Below, in pieces: positions 41,576 to 53,791 of a stretch of DNA of 64,000 bases (position 1 is its first letter; each line of letters starts with the position of its first letter). Source of the stretch: an uncultured Holophaga sp. (GTDB lineage: Bacteria; Acidobacteriota; Holophagae; Holophagales; Holophagaceae); assembly GCA_963664825.1 (NCBI GenBank), contig OY761614.1, positions 1,696,001 through 1,760,000 on the forward strand, read 5' to 3'. The notes beneath the pieces are model-generated. The model saw only the letters and a list, made by a program, of their open reading frames with translations. It made no database searches and was not told the DNA's origin. A program made the translations under genes and the position numbers.

Positions 41576-42436
41576 TCAGCCCTTCTTGGGGAACTGGCGG
41601 TCGTAGGCCTCCTGGGCGAACTTGCTGGGAGGTACATCGAAGCGCCGCTTGAAGGCTCGGGTGAAGGCGCTAGCGTCATAAAATCCCAGGTTAGTCGCCA
41701 CATCCGAGGGGCGTTCGCCGTCGGAAAGAAGCTGCACCGCGCGTTGGAGTCGGCGCTCGATCAGATACTGGTGGGGGGTGGTGCTGGTGGCTTCTCGGAA
41801 GAGGCGGATGAAGTGGTCCGGCGTGCAGCGAGCCAGCTTGGCGAGATCAGGCACGGAATTCGGGGAGCCGATGTGGGCCTCCATGTGGTCCAGCACCAAT
41901 TGCAGGGTGGAACGGGAGAGCCGGTAGGGGAAGCGGCCCCGGTCCTCCTTCTCCGTGAGGCGCTGAAGCTCTGCGCCCATGAGGATGAGGAAGAGTTCCC
42001 GCGTCATCAGCTGCAGGCCATCCGGATGGGCCATCTCCTGGGTGAAGATGTTGAAAAGTTGCTTGAGGCTCTGGCTGCGCAGGGCGGCAAAGCTCAGCTC
42101 CTGCCATTTGCGGGGCGGATGCTGGAGAATACTCACCAGGGGTTCGGGGAAGGGGCCGTCCAGTTGCAGCGCCGTGAAGCCGAAGGGCTGATCCGGCGCA
42201 TGCCGTTTGAGGGTGTGCCCGAAGCCCGGCAGCAGCAGCGCAAGGCTTCCCCGGGGGACGATGCCCTCCTCGTGGTCCTCGCCCGTACAGATCCGGATGG
42301 GTCCCGTGGGTAGCAGGAGGGTCCAGGAATCCCGGCTGGGCGCTGCCTTGGCGGGAATGGGATCCCGCTTCAGGGTGATCAGCCGCAGGGGGCCGCTGGT
42401 GCAGGTCTGGAGATTTTTGGGATCGTTGTTTGACAT
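41576..42436 (-). CDS. AraC-family transcriptional regulator
   Basis: C-terminal double HTH (HFIRLFRE..PHQYLIERRL..LGFYDASAFTRAFKR). Confidence 0.88.
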   Translation of the reverse strand: MSNNDPKNLQTCTSGPLRLITLKRDPIPAKAAPSRDSWTLLLPTGPIRICTGEDHEEGIVPRGSLALLLPGFGHTLKRHAPDQPFGFTALQLDGPFPEPLVSILQHPPRKWQELSFAALRSQSLKQLFNIFTQEMAHPDGLQLMTRELFLILMGAELQRLTEKEDRGRFPYRLSRSTLQLVLDHMEAHIGSPNSVPDLAKLARCTPDHFIRLFREATSTTPHQYLIERRLQRAVQLLSDGERPSDVATNLGFYDASAFTRAFKRRFDVPPSKFAQEAYDRQFPKKG

Positions 42437-42562
42437 GGCCGCTGTGAAAAATCCGGAATCGGAATACAAGGAAGGATGTCACCGTTTCCTTTGGGCGTCA
42501 TGTTTTTTTCTAGGCTTCTGTTTTTTCCCGTGGGGGAAGTCTCGTTCCGAAAAGGGAAACCC

Positions 42563-43245
<683 letters not shown>

Positions 43246-43246
<1 letters not shown>

Positions 43247-43482
43247 CAGAGGACCTCGATGATGGCCTTTTCCATCACGGGATTGACCAGCAGCTTGTCG
43301 CACATGGCCTGAGCCTGGAGTCTCGCCTCCTCAGGCGTCGTGGCGGGCACCTCCAGCTCGATCATGCGCCCGATGCGCACATGGGAGACCTCGAAGGCGA
43401 AGCCGTGGAGACCGTATTCCACGGCCTTGCCTTGGGGATCCAGGATCCCGGGCTTCAATGACACCAGAACGCGCACCTTCAT
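43246..43482 (-). CDS. purS: FGAM synthase subunit PurS
   Basis: LKPGILDPQGKAV, MCDKLLVNPVME; TGATG-coupled to purQ. Confidence 0.95.
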
Positions 43483-43547
43483 GCCGAACCCCCCAGGGCT
43501 TCAGTCTACCCGGGGCGCTCGGGCTTCACGGTGCCGAGGATCACGGA

Positions 43548-46115
43548 TCATTCTGGGTTCCCCTCTTTTCGCAGGGGCCATTTCTCGAGCATCCAGGGCA
43601 GGAGCCACTGGGTGACCAGGAGGGCGAGGGCCGTGCCGCCGAGGCAGGCCAGCCCCAGGCCGCGCAGACCACGGTAGCCGCTGAAGACCAGGCCGCCGAA
43701 GCCCGCCAGGGTCGTCCCGGCGCAGACCGCGTTCACCCGGGCCACCTTCGCGCTGGCGGCGGGTTCCAGGCGGGCGCGGTGGAGCAGGTTGAGGGCCGTG
43801 TCCACGCTCACGCCCAGGGCGATGGGAATGGCCACTAGGCTCAGGAAGGTGAGGGGCTCTCCCGCCCAACCGAGGATGCCCAGCACGCCGATCTGGCTGG
43901 CGACCAAGGGCACAAGGGCGAAGAGGACGAAGCGTAGGCGGCGCCCGAAGAGAGCCACCACGGCCAGCACGGCGGCCAGAGCCAGCAGCACCACATCCTG
44001 GAGGGCGTCCTTGGCCACGGTCTTGATGGCCCGGAAGAGGGGGCGAGTGCCTACCATCCTTCCGCCCACGGCCTCCACGGCGGCTTCGACTCGGTCCTGG
44101 GAACCTTCCGAAAGGCGCAGGGGCAGCGTGAAGTATTCCTTCTGAGGGGTGGGATCCGCACCGTGTTTCACCCAGCTCGCCAGGCTCCAGCCATGCTTGG
44201 CCTCGGTGTGGGCGGGCTGAGCAAGGATGGCTTGAAGGGCGCGAGGGGCGGCCAGGGGGTTCTCGGCGCTGGCCCGCAGGGCCGAAAGGGGGCGTTCCAG
44301 GGCGACGGGATCGAGGCCCTCCCGGGCTGCAGCGCCCAGGGCCATGCGGTACCACGTCTCAGACCCGAGGACCCTCCGGAGTTCGGGATCGGCCCATTGC
44401 CATTTGGGCATGGGCAGGCCTTCGGCCCTCAGGACATCGGCGATGGCGTTCCAGCGTTTGGCCACATGCTCGGGTTCATCTAGGGGGATCTGGATGGCCA
44501 GGGGCTGGAGCCCGGCACCGAGTACCTTCCCGAGGGTCTCCTGGAGCGCCAGGGCCGGATTGCCCTTCTGGCGGAAGCGGCGCAGGTCCTCCTCCCACTG
44601 GAGGCGGAAGGTTCCCAGGATTCCCAAAGCCAAGAGGCCCAGGGCCACCTGGGCCTTCCAGGCCCGGGCGGGTCTGGGATGGGGGGGGGGGGCGCTGGTG
44701 GGGGCGAAGACGCCCTTGCCGCGATCCAGGGCCAGGAGCAGGGCCGGCAGCACGAGGAAACTGGTGGCCAGGCAGGCCAGCAGGCCCAATCCCGCCGTGA
44801 GTCCCAGATCCCGGAAGCCCGGAAAGGGGGCGGCCACGCAGGCCAGGAAGGCTAGAGAGGTGGCGAGGGTGGCGGCCAGGACGCCGGGGCCCGTGCCCAG
44901 GAGGGCGGCCCGGAGGGAGAGACTCTTGGGGCGGCCGAGCTGCCTTTCGTCCCGGTAGCGGCTGAAGAGCATGATCCCCACGTCATCCCCAATGCCCAGG
45001 AGCACCGCGCCGAAGGCCGCTGCCATCAGGTTCAAATGGCCCAGTATCCAGCCCACGGAGCCCAGCGCCCAGAACATGCCTAGGAGCAGCGGTACCACCA
45101 CGAAACCGTAGCCTGCCAGTGTGCGGAAGCCGATCCAGTAGACCAGGCCGATGAGCAGGAAGGAGAGCGTCAGGCTGAGCAGCACCTCGTGGCCCAGGCG
45201 CTGGGTCTCCCAGAAGGCGACGGCATGGGCGCCCGTGGCTTGGAGGGCGAAGGGCCGATCCTGGCTGGGGGCCAGGGATCGTTCCACGTCCCTCAGGTTA
45301 GCCTTGGGCGGCAAGATCCCCTGGGCGCCTCTTCCCAGCCAGGTGAGCACCCGCGCCGTAGAGGCCGATTCCCCGCTTGGGAAGTCCAGCATCAGGGGCA
45401 CGAGCACGAAGCGCCCATCGGTGGTCTCCAGATACCCGGCGCGCAGCTTCACGGGGAAGGCCTTGGCGCTCTGCCGGGCCCGGGTGACGGCCTCATTTTG
45501 TGGGGGTACTTCGTTGCGGAGGCCCAAGGGGTCCAGCTGGGCAAGGCGGGCCTTCACGGGATCGGGCGATCCCAGCATCCGCGCGGTTTCCTGGAAGCGC
45601 TGCTGGAGCTTCCGCCCATCGGCCAGAGGCGCCAGGCGATTCCCCAGGATGATCGGGGCGAAGCCGTAGAGCTGCTCTGTGACGAGCCTCGTGACGGCGG
45701 GGTCCCCGTCGAAGAAACTGCCCGCGGCCAGGAGGGCGGGCCAGAGGGATGGCCCCTTGGGACCCGCCACGGGCACGGGGGGCGAGAGGCGGCCCTCCCC
45801 GCCCATACCATTGTCCGGCACGCCATCCAGATTGATGAGCCGTTCCACCAGTTGCTCGGCCCAGGCCTCCCGGGCTTCCAGGTCGCCCTGTCCACCCTCC
45901 ACCGCAAGCCACAGGAGTTCCTGTTGGCCCACCCCGGCCTCCAGGCTTGCCTTCACGATGGGGTGCTCCATGGGGAGGAGGCTCATCAGATCCAGGCGGC
46001 GCTCCACACGCAACACGCCGGATCCGAGGATGAGGGTGATGACGGCCAGGAGGATCCACAGACCCGCTGGGCGGCGCAAGTGGAGCTGGAGCAGCCCCCG
46101 TAGGAGCCTCTTCAC
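43548..46115 (-). CDS. MMPL/RND-family membrane transporter
   Basis: Two TM clusters separated by large loops; LLGIGDD, ALGVSVD, TTLAGFGGL. Confidence 0.8.
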   Translation of the reverse strand: MKRLLRGLLQLHLRRPAGLWILLAVITLILGSGVLRVERRLDLMSLLPMEHPIVKASLEAGVGQQELLWLAVEGGQGDLEAREAWAEQLVERLINLDGVPDNGMGGEGRLSPPVPVAGPKGPSLWPALLAAGSFFDGDPAVTRLVTEQLYGFAPIILGNRLAPLADGRKLQQRFQETARMLGSPDPVKARLAQLDPLGLRNEVPPQNEAVTRARQSAKAFPVKLRAGYLETTDGRFVLVPLMLDFPSGESASTARVLTWLGRGAQGILPPKANLRDVERSLAPSQDRPFALQATGAHAVAFWETQRLGHEVLLSLTLSFLLIGLVYWIGFRTLAGYGFVVVPLLLGMFWALGSVGWILGHLNLMAAAFGAVLLGIGDDVGIMLFSRYRDERQLGRPKSLSLRAALLGTGPGVLAATLATSLAFLACVAAPFPGFRDLGLTAGLGLLACLATSFLVLPALLLALDRGKGVFAPTSAPPPHPRPARAWKAQVALGLLALGILGTFRLQWEEDLRRFRQKGNPALALQETLGKVLGAGLQPLAIQIPLDEPEHVAKRWNAIADVLRAEGLPMPKWQWADPELRRVLGSETWYRMALGAAAREGLDPVALERPLSALRASAENPLAAPRALQAILAQPAHTEAKHGWSLASWVKHGADPTPQKEYFTLPLRLSEGSQDRVEAAVEAVGGRMVGTRPLFRAIKTVAKDALQDVVLLALAAVLAVVALFGRRLRFVLFALVPLVASQIGVLGILGWAGEPLTFLSLVAIPIALGVSVDTALNLLHRARLEPAASAKVARVNAVCAGTTLAGFGGLVFSGYRGLRGLGLACLGGTALALLVTQWLLPWMLEKWPLRKEGNPE

Positions 46116-46118
46116 GCC

Positions 46119-47018
46119 TCACCCATTCAATGCCTCCAGGAGGCGTTCGAGAGTGGGATGCAGGGCCACCCGCCGGGATTGGGCCAGGCGGCGCATGAGG
46201 TTTGGATCCTCCAGCCGGGCCAGTGGATAGCTTTCGGACCCGACGTTCTGAAGGACTTCGGCCCAGCGAGCGGCCGTGAGGATGGTGGGGCGCTGCTCCG
46301 CGTAGCGATGATCCAGAAGCTGCGCCAGGGCCCGCACTACCCGGATATCCGAATCCATGCGATCGAAGTCGTCCAGCACCAGGCAGGGCGCCTTCAGCAG
46401 GGGCTCCATGCGGTCGCGCTCGCTCTGGAAATCACGATTCAAGAAGCTGCGCGTATCGTAATAGACATCCTTCAATTCCTGGCTGAAGGTGCGCACCGAA
46501 ATGAACAGGCCTCCGACGCTCTCCCGGGTGCAGCAGGCCTTCAGGGCTGCGGCAGCCAGACTGCTTCGGCCGCTGCCCGGCGGTCCATCGATCCACCAGA
46601 GATCCACCTGTTCCCGGTCCCGGCGCGCCCAGTTGAAGAGGGTGCGATACCCCTCGGGTTCCAGGGCGGGTTTGATGTCCTTCCAGGCGGAATCCCCCCC
46701 CCGACTCCCGCACTTGTGGAGGATGTGATCGAGCTTGGGGAGCAGTTCCTCGGCCAGGGTGTCCCGGCTGGCTTCGTGTTGCAGCAGCTGCTGGGCCGTT
46801 TCCAGTCCCGCGATGGCCTTCTCGCGAGGGTGCTGGATCTTCCACCACTCCCAGAAGCTCTCGAAGGAAGCCCCCCGGTATCGGGCGGGAATGCCCAGGC
46901 TGGCGCCATCGGCGGCGGTGTCCAGCGTGCACTCGCAGATCCGGGCCGGGACCGAGGGATCCGGGTCCAGCACGATGCCGCGTCCCTGGCAGTGGGGACA
47001 GGATGGACGGCCCTTCAC
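46119..47018 (-). CDS. DnaC/IstB-like ATPase with N-terminal Cys cluster and atypical Walker A
   Basis: CPHCQG..CEC, GIPARYRGASF, GPPGSGRS, CLVLDDF, LLDHRY..PTILT; start GTG 47018 or ATG 47036. Confidence 0.7.
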   Translation of the reverse strand: MKGRPSCPHCQGRGIVLDPDPSVPARICECTLDTAADGASLGIPARYRGASFESFWEWWKIQHPREKAIAGLETAQQLLQHEASRDTLAEELLPKLDHILHKCGSRGGDSAWKDIKPALEPEGYRTLFNWARRDREQVDLWWIDGPPGSGRSSLAAAALKACCTRESVGGLFISVRTFSQELKDVYYDTRSFLNRDFQSERDRMEPLLKAPCLVLDDFDRMDSDIRVVRALAQLLDHRYAEQRPTILTAARWAEVLQNVGSESYPLARLEDPNLMRRLAQSRRVALHPTLERLLEALNG

Positions 47019-47127
47019 GATGCGCCTCCTGCGCATCTCCCTGCGGGCTTCACCTGCGGTGAAGTGGCCCTCTGCTTCTGTTTCGGGCTCACGACGAGCA
47101 TTGGCTGCGCCTCGCCCTGTTTCACGT

Positions 47128-47994
47128 TCACTGGTATTCCCCCTTGAGGAACTGCCCCAATAGGATCTGGCGGCGGTCCCGGATCTTGCCGAAGGCCCTT
47201 TCTTCGATCTGGCGCACGCGCTCCCGGCTGATGGGGGGGGCGAAGGTCTGGCCGATCTTCTCGAGGGTCATGGGCTCGCAGCCCTCCAGCCCGAAATGGA
47301 GCCTGAGGATCTTGTGCTCCTTCTCGTTCAGCATGGCGAGGCTCTGCCGGATCTGATCCTGGAAGGCCTCGTTGTCCATGGCCTCCATGGGACTGGGTTC
47401 GATGTTCTGTTCGAGGCTATCCCCCAGCGTGAGGTCTCCGTCGCCCATGCCCTGCTCGGTGGAAACCGTCGAGGTGGTCTGCTGCAGGAGCTGGAGGCGG
47501 TTTACTTCCTCGGTGGTGAACTGAGGGGCGGCCGCGATGATATCGGAGACCATGGGCGGCCGACCCAGGTCCTGGCCCAGTCGGTTGGTGATGCGATTGA
47601 GCTGGACGAGATGACCGGCCACCTTCTGGGGCAGGCGGATCTTGCTGCCGTGCTCGGCCAGCGCGTGGAAGATGGCCTGGCGCACCCACCAGGAGGCGTA
47701 GGTGAGGAACTTGTTCTCGCGCTCGGGATCGAAGCGCTTGGCGGCTTCGATGAGGCCCAGATTGCCTTCGCTGATGAGGTCCAGCAGATCCAGGCCCATG
47801 CCTTGGAACTTACGGGCCTCCTTGACCACGAAGCGGAGATTGCCCTCCACCAGGTAGCGCAGGCCTTCGGGGTTGCCGTCGTTCTGCCACATGCGCCCGT
47901 ACTTGCGTTCCTCCCCCGCGGTCAGCAGCGGCAGATCGCGGATGGAATCGAAGTACTTGTCGAGGCTTCGCTCTTCGAGATGCCTTGGGGGCAC
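47128..47994 (-). CDS. Sigma-70 family sigma factor (regions 1.2-4, no 1.1)
   Basis: YFDSIRDLPLLT, NLRFVVKEA, DLISEGNLGLIEAAKRFD, FLTYASWWVRQAI, TLEKIG..SRERVRQIE. Confidence 0.92.
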   Translation of the reverse strand: MPPRHLEERSLDKYFDSIRDLPLLTAGEERKYGRMWQNDGNPEGLRYLVEGNLRFVVKEARKFQGMGLDLLDLISEGNLGLIEAAKRFDPERENKFLTYASWWVRQAIFHALAEHGSKIRLPQKVAGHLVQLNRITNRLGQDLGRPPMVSDIIAAAPQFTTEEVNRLQLLQQTTSTVSTEQGMGDGDLTLGDSLEQNIEPSPMEAMDNEAFQDQIRQSLAMLNEKEHKILRLHFGLEGCEPMTLEKIGQTFAPPISRERVRQIEERAFGKIRDRRQILLGQFLKGEYQ

Positions 47995-48055
47995 GGTTCA
48001 CCTAGGTTGGGGGCTTCAGCATAGCAAAGGGAGCGGGCCTGTCGTGAAGGAGCTG

Positions 48056-48457
48056 TCAACGCTTTCGCAAACCTTGGGGGGTCAGCTTTACGAGTGCGGT
48101 GGGCTTGAGGGGTTTCTCGAAGGAGGGCCGTTCCACCTGGAGGCCAGCGGCCCGGAGCTTCTCCTCATAGCCTTCCATGATCTGGCCCATCTCATCCTGC
48201 ATCTTCTGCATGCGGTCCCGGAGGCTCATCACGACCTCCACCCCCGCCAGGTTCACCCCCAGATCCCGGGTGAGGCTCAGGATGAATTCCAGGCGCTCCA
48301 GGTCTTCTTCGGAATAGAGGCGGGTCTTGCCCTCGGTGCGGCTGGGCAGCAGGAGGCCTTCCCGTTCGTAGAGCCGCAGGGTCTGAGGGTGGATCTGGTA
48401 GCGCAGCGCCACCACGCCAATCATGTAGCATCCGGCCTTGGGATCGCGCCGCATCAC
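48056..48457 (-). CDS. hspR: MerR-family heat-shock repressor HspR
   Basis: YMIGVVA..IHPQTLRLYEREGLL.PSRTEG.TRLYS, LGVNLAGVEV; follows dnaJ. Confidence 0.88.
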   Translation of the reverse strand: MMRRDPKAGCYMIGVVALRYQIHPQTLRLYEREGLLLPSRTEGKTRLYSEEDLERLEFILSLTRDLGVNLAGVEVVMSLRDRMQKMQDEMGQIMEGYEEKLRAAGLQVERPSFEKPLKPTALVKLTPQGLRKR

Positions 48458-49537
48458 CTACCTCCAGATTCCCTGCCGGATCACGGCATCATTGATCTGG
48501 CCCAGTTCCCGGAGGAGCTCCTTGCTGCGTTCGTCCTGGATCTGGGGTGTGACGACCTGAATTTCCGCGAAGAGATCGCCTCGCTGCTCGGAGCGGGGCA
48601 CGGGCATGCCCTGACCCTTGAGTCTCAGTTTGGACCCGCTCTGGGTGGTGGGCGGAATCTTGATGGTGGTGTGCCCCTCCGGGGTCGGGATCTCCACCTT
48701 GGCTCCCAGGGCCGCTTCCGAGAAGCTGATGGGGAGTTTGACATAGAGATTGGCGCCCCTGCGTTCGAAACGCGGGTCCACCTCCACCTGGATCTGGAGA
48801 TAGAGGTCACCGGGTCCGCCTCCCCGGCGGCCCGCTTCGCCCTTGGCCGAGACCCTCAGTCGTGTGCCATCCTCCACGCCGGGGGGGATCACGACAGTCA
48901 CCGTCTCCCGCTTGGGGTTGCGACCTCTTCCCTGGCATTCCGCGCAGGCCGGAGCCTTCTTGCCCGTGCCCCCGCACTCGTCGCATTCGGTGCGGCTCTT
49001 GAAAAATCCCATGCCCTGGTCGTGGAAACCCCGGCCATGGCAGGCTGGGCAGCTCGATTTGGGCGCGCCCGGCGCCTCGCCGCTGCCTTGACAGGGGCGG
49101 CAGGTCTCCGTGCGCGTCAGATTGATAGGCAGCTTGGTGCCCTTGAAGGCTTCGGCGAAGCCGATGCGCACCACATGCTGGAGGTCTTCTCCGGGCTTGG
49201 GCCCCGCGCGTCTTGCGCGTCCCCGACTGCCGCCGAAACCCTGGAAGATATCCCCGAAGGCCCCGCCCATATCCCCGAAGTCGAAGCTCTGGCCTGAGCC
49301 CATCTGGACCCCTGGGCCGCTGGGATCCCCGAATTGGTCGTAGTTGCGGCGCTTCTCGGGGTCGGCCAGGGTGTCGTTGGCGGCGGAGAGTTCCTTGAAC
49401 TTGGCCTCGGCTTCCTTGTTGCCGGGGTTCAGGTCGGGGTGATACTTCCGCGCCAGCTTCCGGTACGCCTTCTTGATGTCCTCGTCCGAGGCGTTCTTGG
49501 GAACTCCCAGGATTTTGTAATAATCAGGGACGGCCAT
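48458..49537 (-). CDS. dnaJ: Chaperone DnaJ
   Basis: DYY..HPD J-domain, four CxxCxGxG repeats, C-terminal domain. Confidence 0.95.
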   Translation of the reverse strand: MAVPDYYKILGVPKNASDEDIKKAYRKLARKYHPDLNPGNKEAEAKFKELSAANDTLADPEKRRNYDQFGDPSGPGVQMGSGQSFDFGDMGGAFGDIFQGFGGSRGRARRAGPKPGEDLQHVVRIGFAEAFKGTKLPINLTRTETCRPCQGSGEAPGAPKSSCPACHGRGFHDQGMGFFKSRTECDECGGTGKKAPACAECQGRGRNPKRETVTVVIPPGVEDGTRLRVSAKGEAGRRGGGPGDLYLQIQVEVDPRFERRGANLYVKLPISFSEAALGAKVEIPTPEGHTTIKIPPTTQSGSKLRLKGQGMPVPRSEQRGDLFAEIQVVTPQIQDERSKELLRELGQINDAVIRQGIWR

Positions 49538-49593
49538 GGGGAACCCTATCACGAACCTGAGCCTCGAGAGCTAAGGTTTTATCCGTTCACAAT

Positions 49594-49617
49594 AAGGGCC
49601 GGGCAAGCCCGGCCCTT
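49594..49617 (-). terminator. Stem-loop between dnaK and dnaJ (terminator or mRNA stabiliser)
   Basis: AAGGGCCGGG-CAAG-CCCGGCCCTT. Confidence 0.6.
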
Positions 49618-49628
49618 TGGGGTGATTC

Positions 49629-51512
<1,884 letters not shown>

Positions 51513-51562
51513 GGGTTCCTTCTTCCTCTCTGAAATCGATGGTCCCTCGACCATCCAAGGCA

Positions 51563-51590
51563 AGTGTAAGGCGTAGGATACAGGGGTCAA
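51563..51590 (-). promoter_or_regulatory. Sigma-70-type promoter of dnaK operon
   Basis: Minus strand TTGACC-N16-TACACT about 50 nt upstream of the ATG. Confidence 0.6.
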
Positions 51591-51716
51591 GTTAATCTTC
51601 CTAAAAAGACTAATATTTCCTTCGCTTTAAACACGCATACCCGCCCTGGGTGTTTATGCAAAATCTAGGGGAAGGGAAGTTGTGCCATTCCATGGGAAAA
51701 CTGCTAGCCTCCTTTC

Positions 51717-51905
51717 ATGGTCCTGCGTCCCTGTCCCATCTGTCGGAAACTCGTCCAATGGGAAACCACACCCACTCGCCCCTTCTGTTCGGAGCGCTGC
51801 AAAACCCGGGATCTGGGGGCCTGGAGCGCCGAGGCCTATCGCCTGCCCGAAAAACCCGAAGCCGAAGACGGGGAGGGTTGGAGCGAAGCGGGTGCGGAGG
51901 ACTGA
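51717..51905 (+). CDS. yacG: DNA gyrase inhibitor YacG
   Basis: CPIC..RPFCSERCKTRDLGAW..Y. Confidence 0.9.
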   Translation: MVLRPCPICRKLVQWETTPTRPFCSERCKTRDLGAWSAEAYRLPEKPEAEDGEGWSEAGAED

Positions 51906-51975
51906 AAAGGGGCCCTTCTTCTCTGCGGAGACGGAGGCTGCGCGTGAGGGCAGGGAACGGTGTCAGACTGGGCGG

Positions 51976-52734
51976 GTGAAGCCCTTCTACCGTCTCATCG
52001 CCCGGTCCCGGATCAAGCTGGAGGCCTCTCTGCCGGGATTGCCCCCCTGGGCCAAGCTCCATGGGAAGGCCTGGGCTTGGCTGGATCCGACCCGTCTGAT
52101 CTGCCTGTCGGGCTTGGTCCGGCTGAGTTCCCGGCCACGGCCCTTCTTCACGGAGCTCCACCTCCTGCTGGATCGGGAGGGGGCCATCACCCTCGGAGAT
52201 GTGGTGGACGCCGCCCAGGAACAGACCTTCGGCTTGCTCATCCTGCTCCTGGCGCTGCCGAGCCTCATCCCCGGCCTGAACATCGGCGCGGCGCCCTTGG
52301 GGGGGCTGTTCCTTTTCTGGATCGGCCTCCAGATGGCCGCAGGCCGGTCCAGTCCCGTGCTTCCCCCTCGGTTTCGCCAGCAGGTCATCCACAAGGGGCG
52401 CGTGAAGGAAGGCGTTGCCCGCCTCGAAGGCTATCTGGATCGCCTGGGTTCCAGGAACCGGGTCCATCGCGCTCTCAACCAGCGCTGGATGGGCGTGGTC
52501 GTGGGCTGGACAGCCCTCCTACTGGCCATCCCGGTTCCCCTGCCTTTCGGCAACATCCTGCCGGCCGCCATCCTGGTGCTCTTGGGCGCGGCCCTAGTGG
52601 AGGAACATCCCGCCTGGGGCTGGCTGGGGGCAGGGGCCGCCCTGGGCAACACACTCTATTTTGCCGCCTCCTTCGATCTCATCGTCCTGGCCTGTGCCAA
52701 GGCCTTGGTCGTTCTGAGACACTGGGCGTCCTGA
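51976..52734 (+). CDS. ExoD-family membrane protein
   Basis: ITLGDVVD..FGLLILLLALP, IPVPLPFGNILPA; start uncertain. Confidence 0.75.
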   Translation: MKPFYRLIARSRIKLEASLPGLPPWAKLHGKAWAWLDPTRLICLSGLVRLSSRPRPFFTELHLLLDREGAITLGDVVDAAQEQTFGLLILLLALPSLIPGLNIGAAPLGGLFLFWIGLQMAAGRSSPVLPPRFRQQVIHKGRVKEGVARLEGYLDRLGSRNRVHRALNQRWMGVVVGWTALLLAIPVPLPFGNILPAAILVLLGAALVEEHPAWGWLGAGAALGNTLYFAASFDLIVLACAKALVVLRHWAS

Positions 52735-53537
52735 TGCGCTTCGATGCCCTCACGCTGTTCCCCGAATTCTTCGACACGGCCCGCCTGGGCGTGACGGGCC
52801 GGGCCTTTCGCGAGTTGGGCCACGAGCTGTATACCCATTCGTACCGGCCTTTCGCGGGGAATGCCTCCGGACATGTGGACGATTCCCCCTTTGGCGGCGG
52901 GCCGGGCATGGTGCTGCGTCCCGACGTGCTGCGGGACACCCTGGCCTCCCTTCCCCAGCGGACCCCTCGCCGAGTCATCCACTTCACGCCCGCCGCGCCG
53001 CCCCTCACCCATGCCAAGGTGCTGGATTTGGCCAAGCTCGACCAGGTGATCCTGGTCTGCACCCGCTACGAAGGCCTGGATCAGCGGGCCGTGGAGCTCC
53101 TGGTGGACGAGGAGTTCAGCATCGGAGAGGCCGTGCTATCCGGGGGTGAACTGCCCGCCCTCTTCCTCATCGATGCGGTCTGCCGCTGGCTGCCGGGTGT
53201 GCTCGGCAATGAGGAGAGCGCCGAGCAGGATAGCTTTGCCGCTGGTTTGTTGGACCATCCCCACTACACGCGGCCCGAAGTCTTCGATGGGCTTTCCGTG
53301 CCCGAGATCCTGCGCAGCGGCAATCACGGCCTCATTGCCCACTGGCGTCTGCGGGAGGCCATGGTCCGCACGAAGCGCCTCCGGCCCGATCTCTGGGCGG
53401 CCTTTCTCCGGGACCGGGTCCATGCCCTCTCCCGGCCCGAGCAGTGGTGCGTCTGGCAGGTGGAACATGCCGAGAGCTGGGGCCAGCCTAAGCCCAAGGG
53501 ATGGAAGGGACTTCCGCCTTCGGCGAATTTGACCTAG
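52734..53537 (+). CDS. trmD: tRNA (guanine-N1)-methyltransferase TrmD
   Basis: LTLFPEFF, VDDSPFGGGPGMV, RYEGLDQR, SIGEAVLSGGELPA, LDHPHYTRP, SGNH. Confidence 0.96.
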   Translation: MRFDALTLFPEFFDTARLGVTGRAFRELGHELYTHSYRPFAGNASGHVDDSPFGGGPGMVLRPDVLRDTLASLPQRTPRRVIHFTPAAPPLTHAKVLDLAKLDQVILVCTRYEGLDQRAVELLVDEEFSIGEAVLSGGELPALFLIDAVCRWLPGVLGNEESAEQDSFAAGLLDHPHYTRPEVFDGLSVPEILRSGNHGLIAHWRLREAMVRTKRLRPDLWAAFLRDRVHALSRPEQWCVWQVEHAESWGQPKPKGWKGLPPSANLT

Positions 53538-53546
53538 GATCTTTCC

Positions 53547-53609
53547 ATGCACGTTTCCCTTCCCACTCCCCGCATCCAGGCCCAGGCCTGGTGGTGGCTT
53601 GTCCCCTAG
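53547..53609 (+). CDS. Trp leader peptide 1 (MHVSLPTPRIQAQAWWWLVP)
   Basis: 20-codon ORF with three consecutive TGG at 53589-53597, followed by antiterminator/terminator elements. Confidence 0.8.
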   Translation: MHVSLPTPRIQAQAWWWLVP

Positions 53610-53646
53610 AGGCGGGCCCAGGGCGCATTTTTATGCAGAGATTCCC

Positions 53647-53679
53647 AGGACCCGCTTTCGGCGGGTCCTTTTCGTTTTT
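53647..53679 (+). terminator. Attenuator terminator 1
   Basis: AGGACCCGC-TTTCG-GCGGGTCCT followed by TTTCGTTTTT; competing strand AGGCGGG at 53610-53616. Confidence 0.85.
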
Positions 53680-53693
53680 AAGGAACTGAATCC

Positions 53694-53771
53694 ATGAACC
53701 TTCGCAGCACATTCTCCCTCACCCCCTGGTGGCCCTGGCAGGACCCGCCCGGGTGGATTCCGCGCGCCTGA
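53694..53771 (+). CDS. Trp leader peptide 2 (MNLRSTFSLTPWWPWQDPPGWIPRA)
   Basis: AAGGA RBS; 25 codons with 4 Trp (WWPW..W). Confidence 0.8.
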   Translation: MNLRSTFSLTPWWPWQDPPGWIPRA

Positions 53772-53791
53772 ATTTTCAGGCACAGCCCAGG

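Noticed and set aside
46119..47036. IS21 element or prophage suggested by the IstB-like ATPase
   Set aside because: No istA, integrase, terminal repeats or phage genes nearby.
51960..52733. N-terminal extension of TrmD (525-aa ORF in the track)
   Set aside because: Overlaps the ExoD-like frame; TrmD homology begins at ATG 52734, coupled by TGATG.
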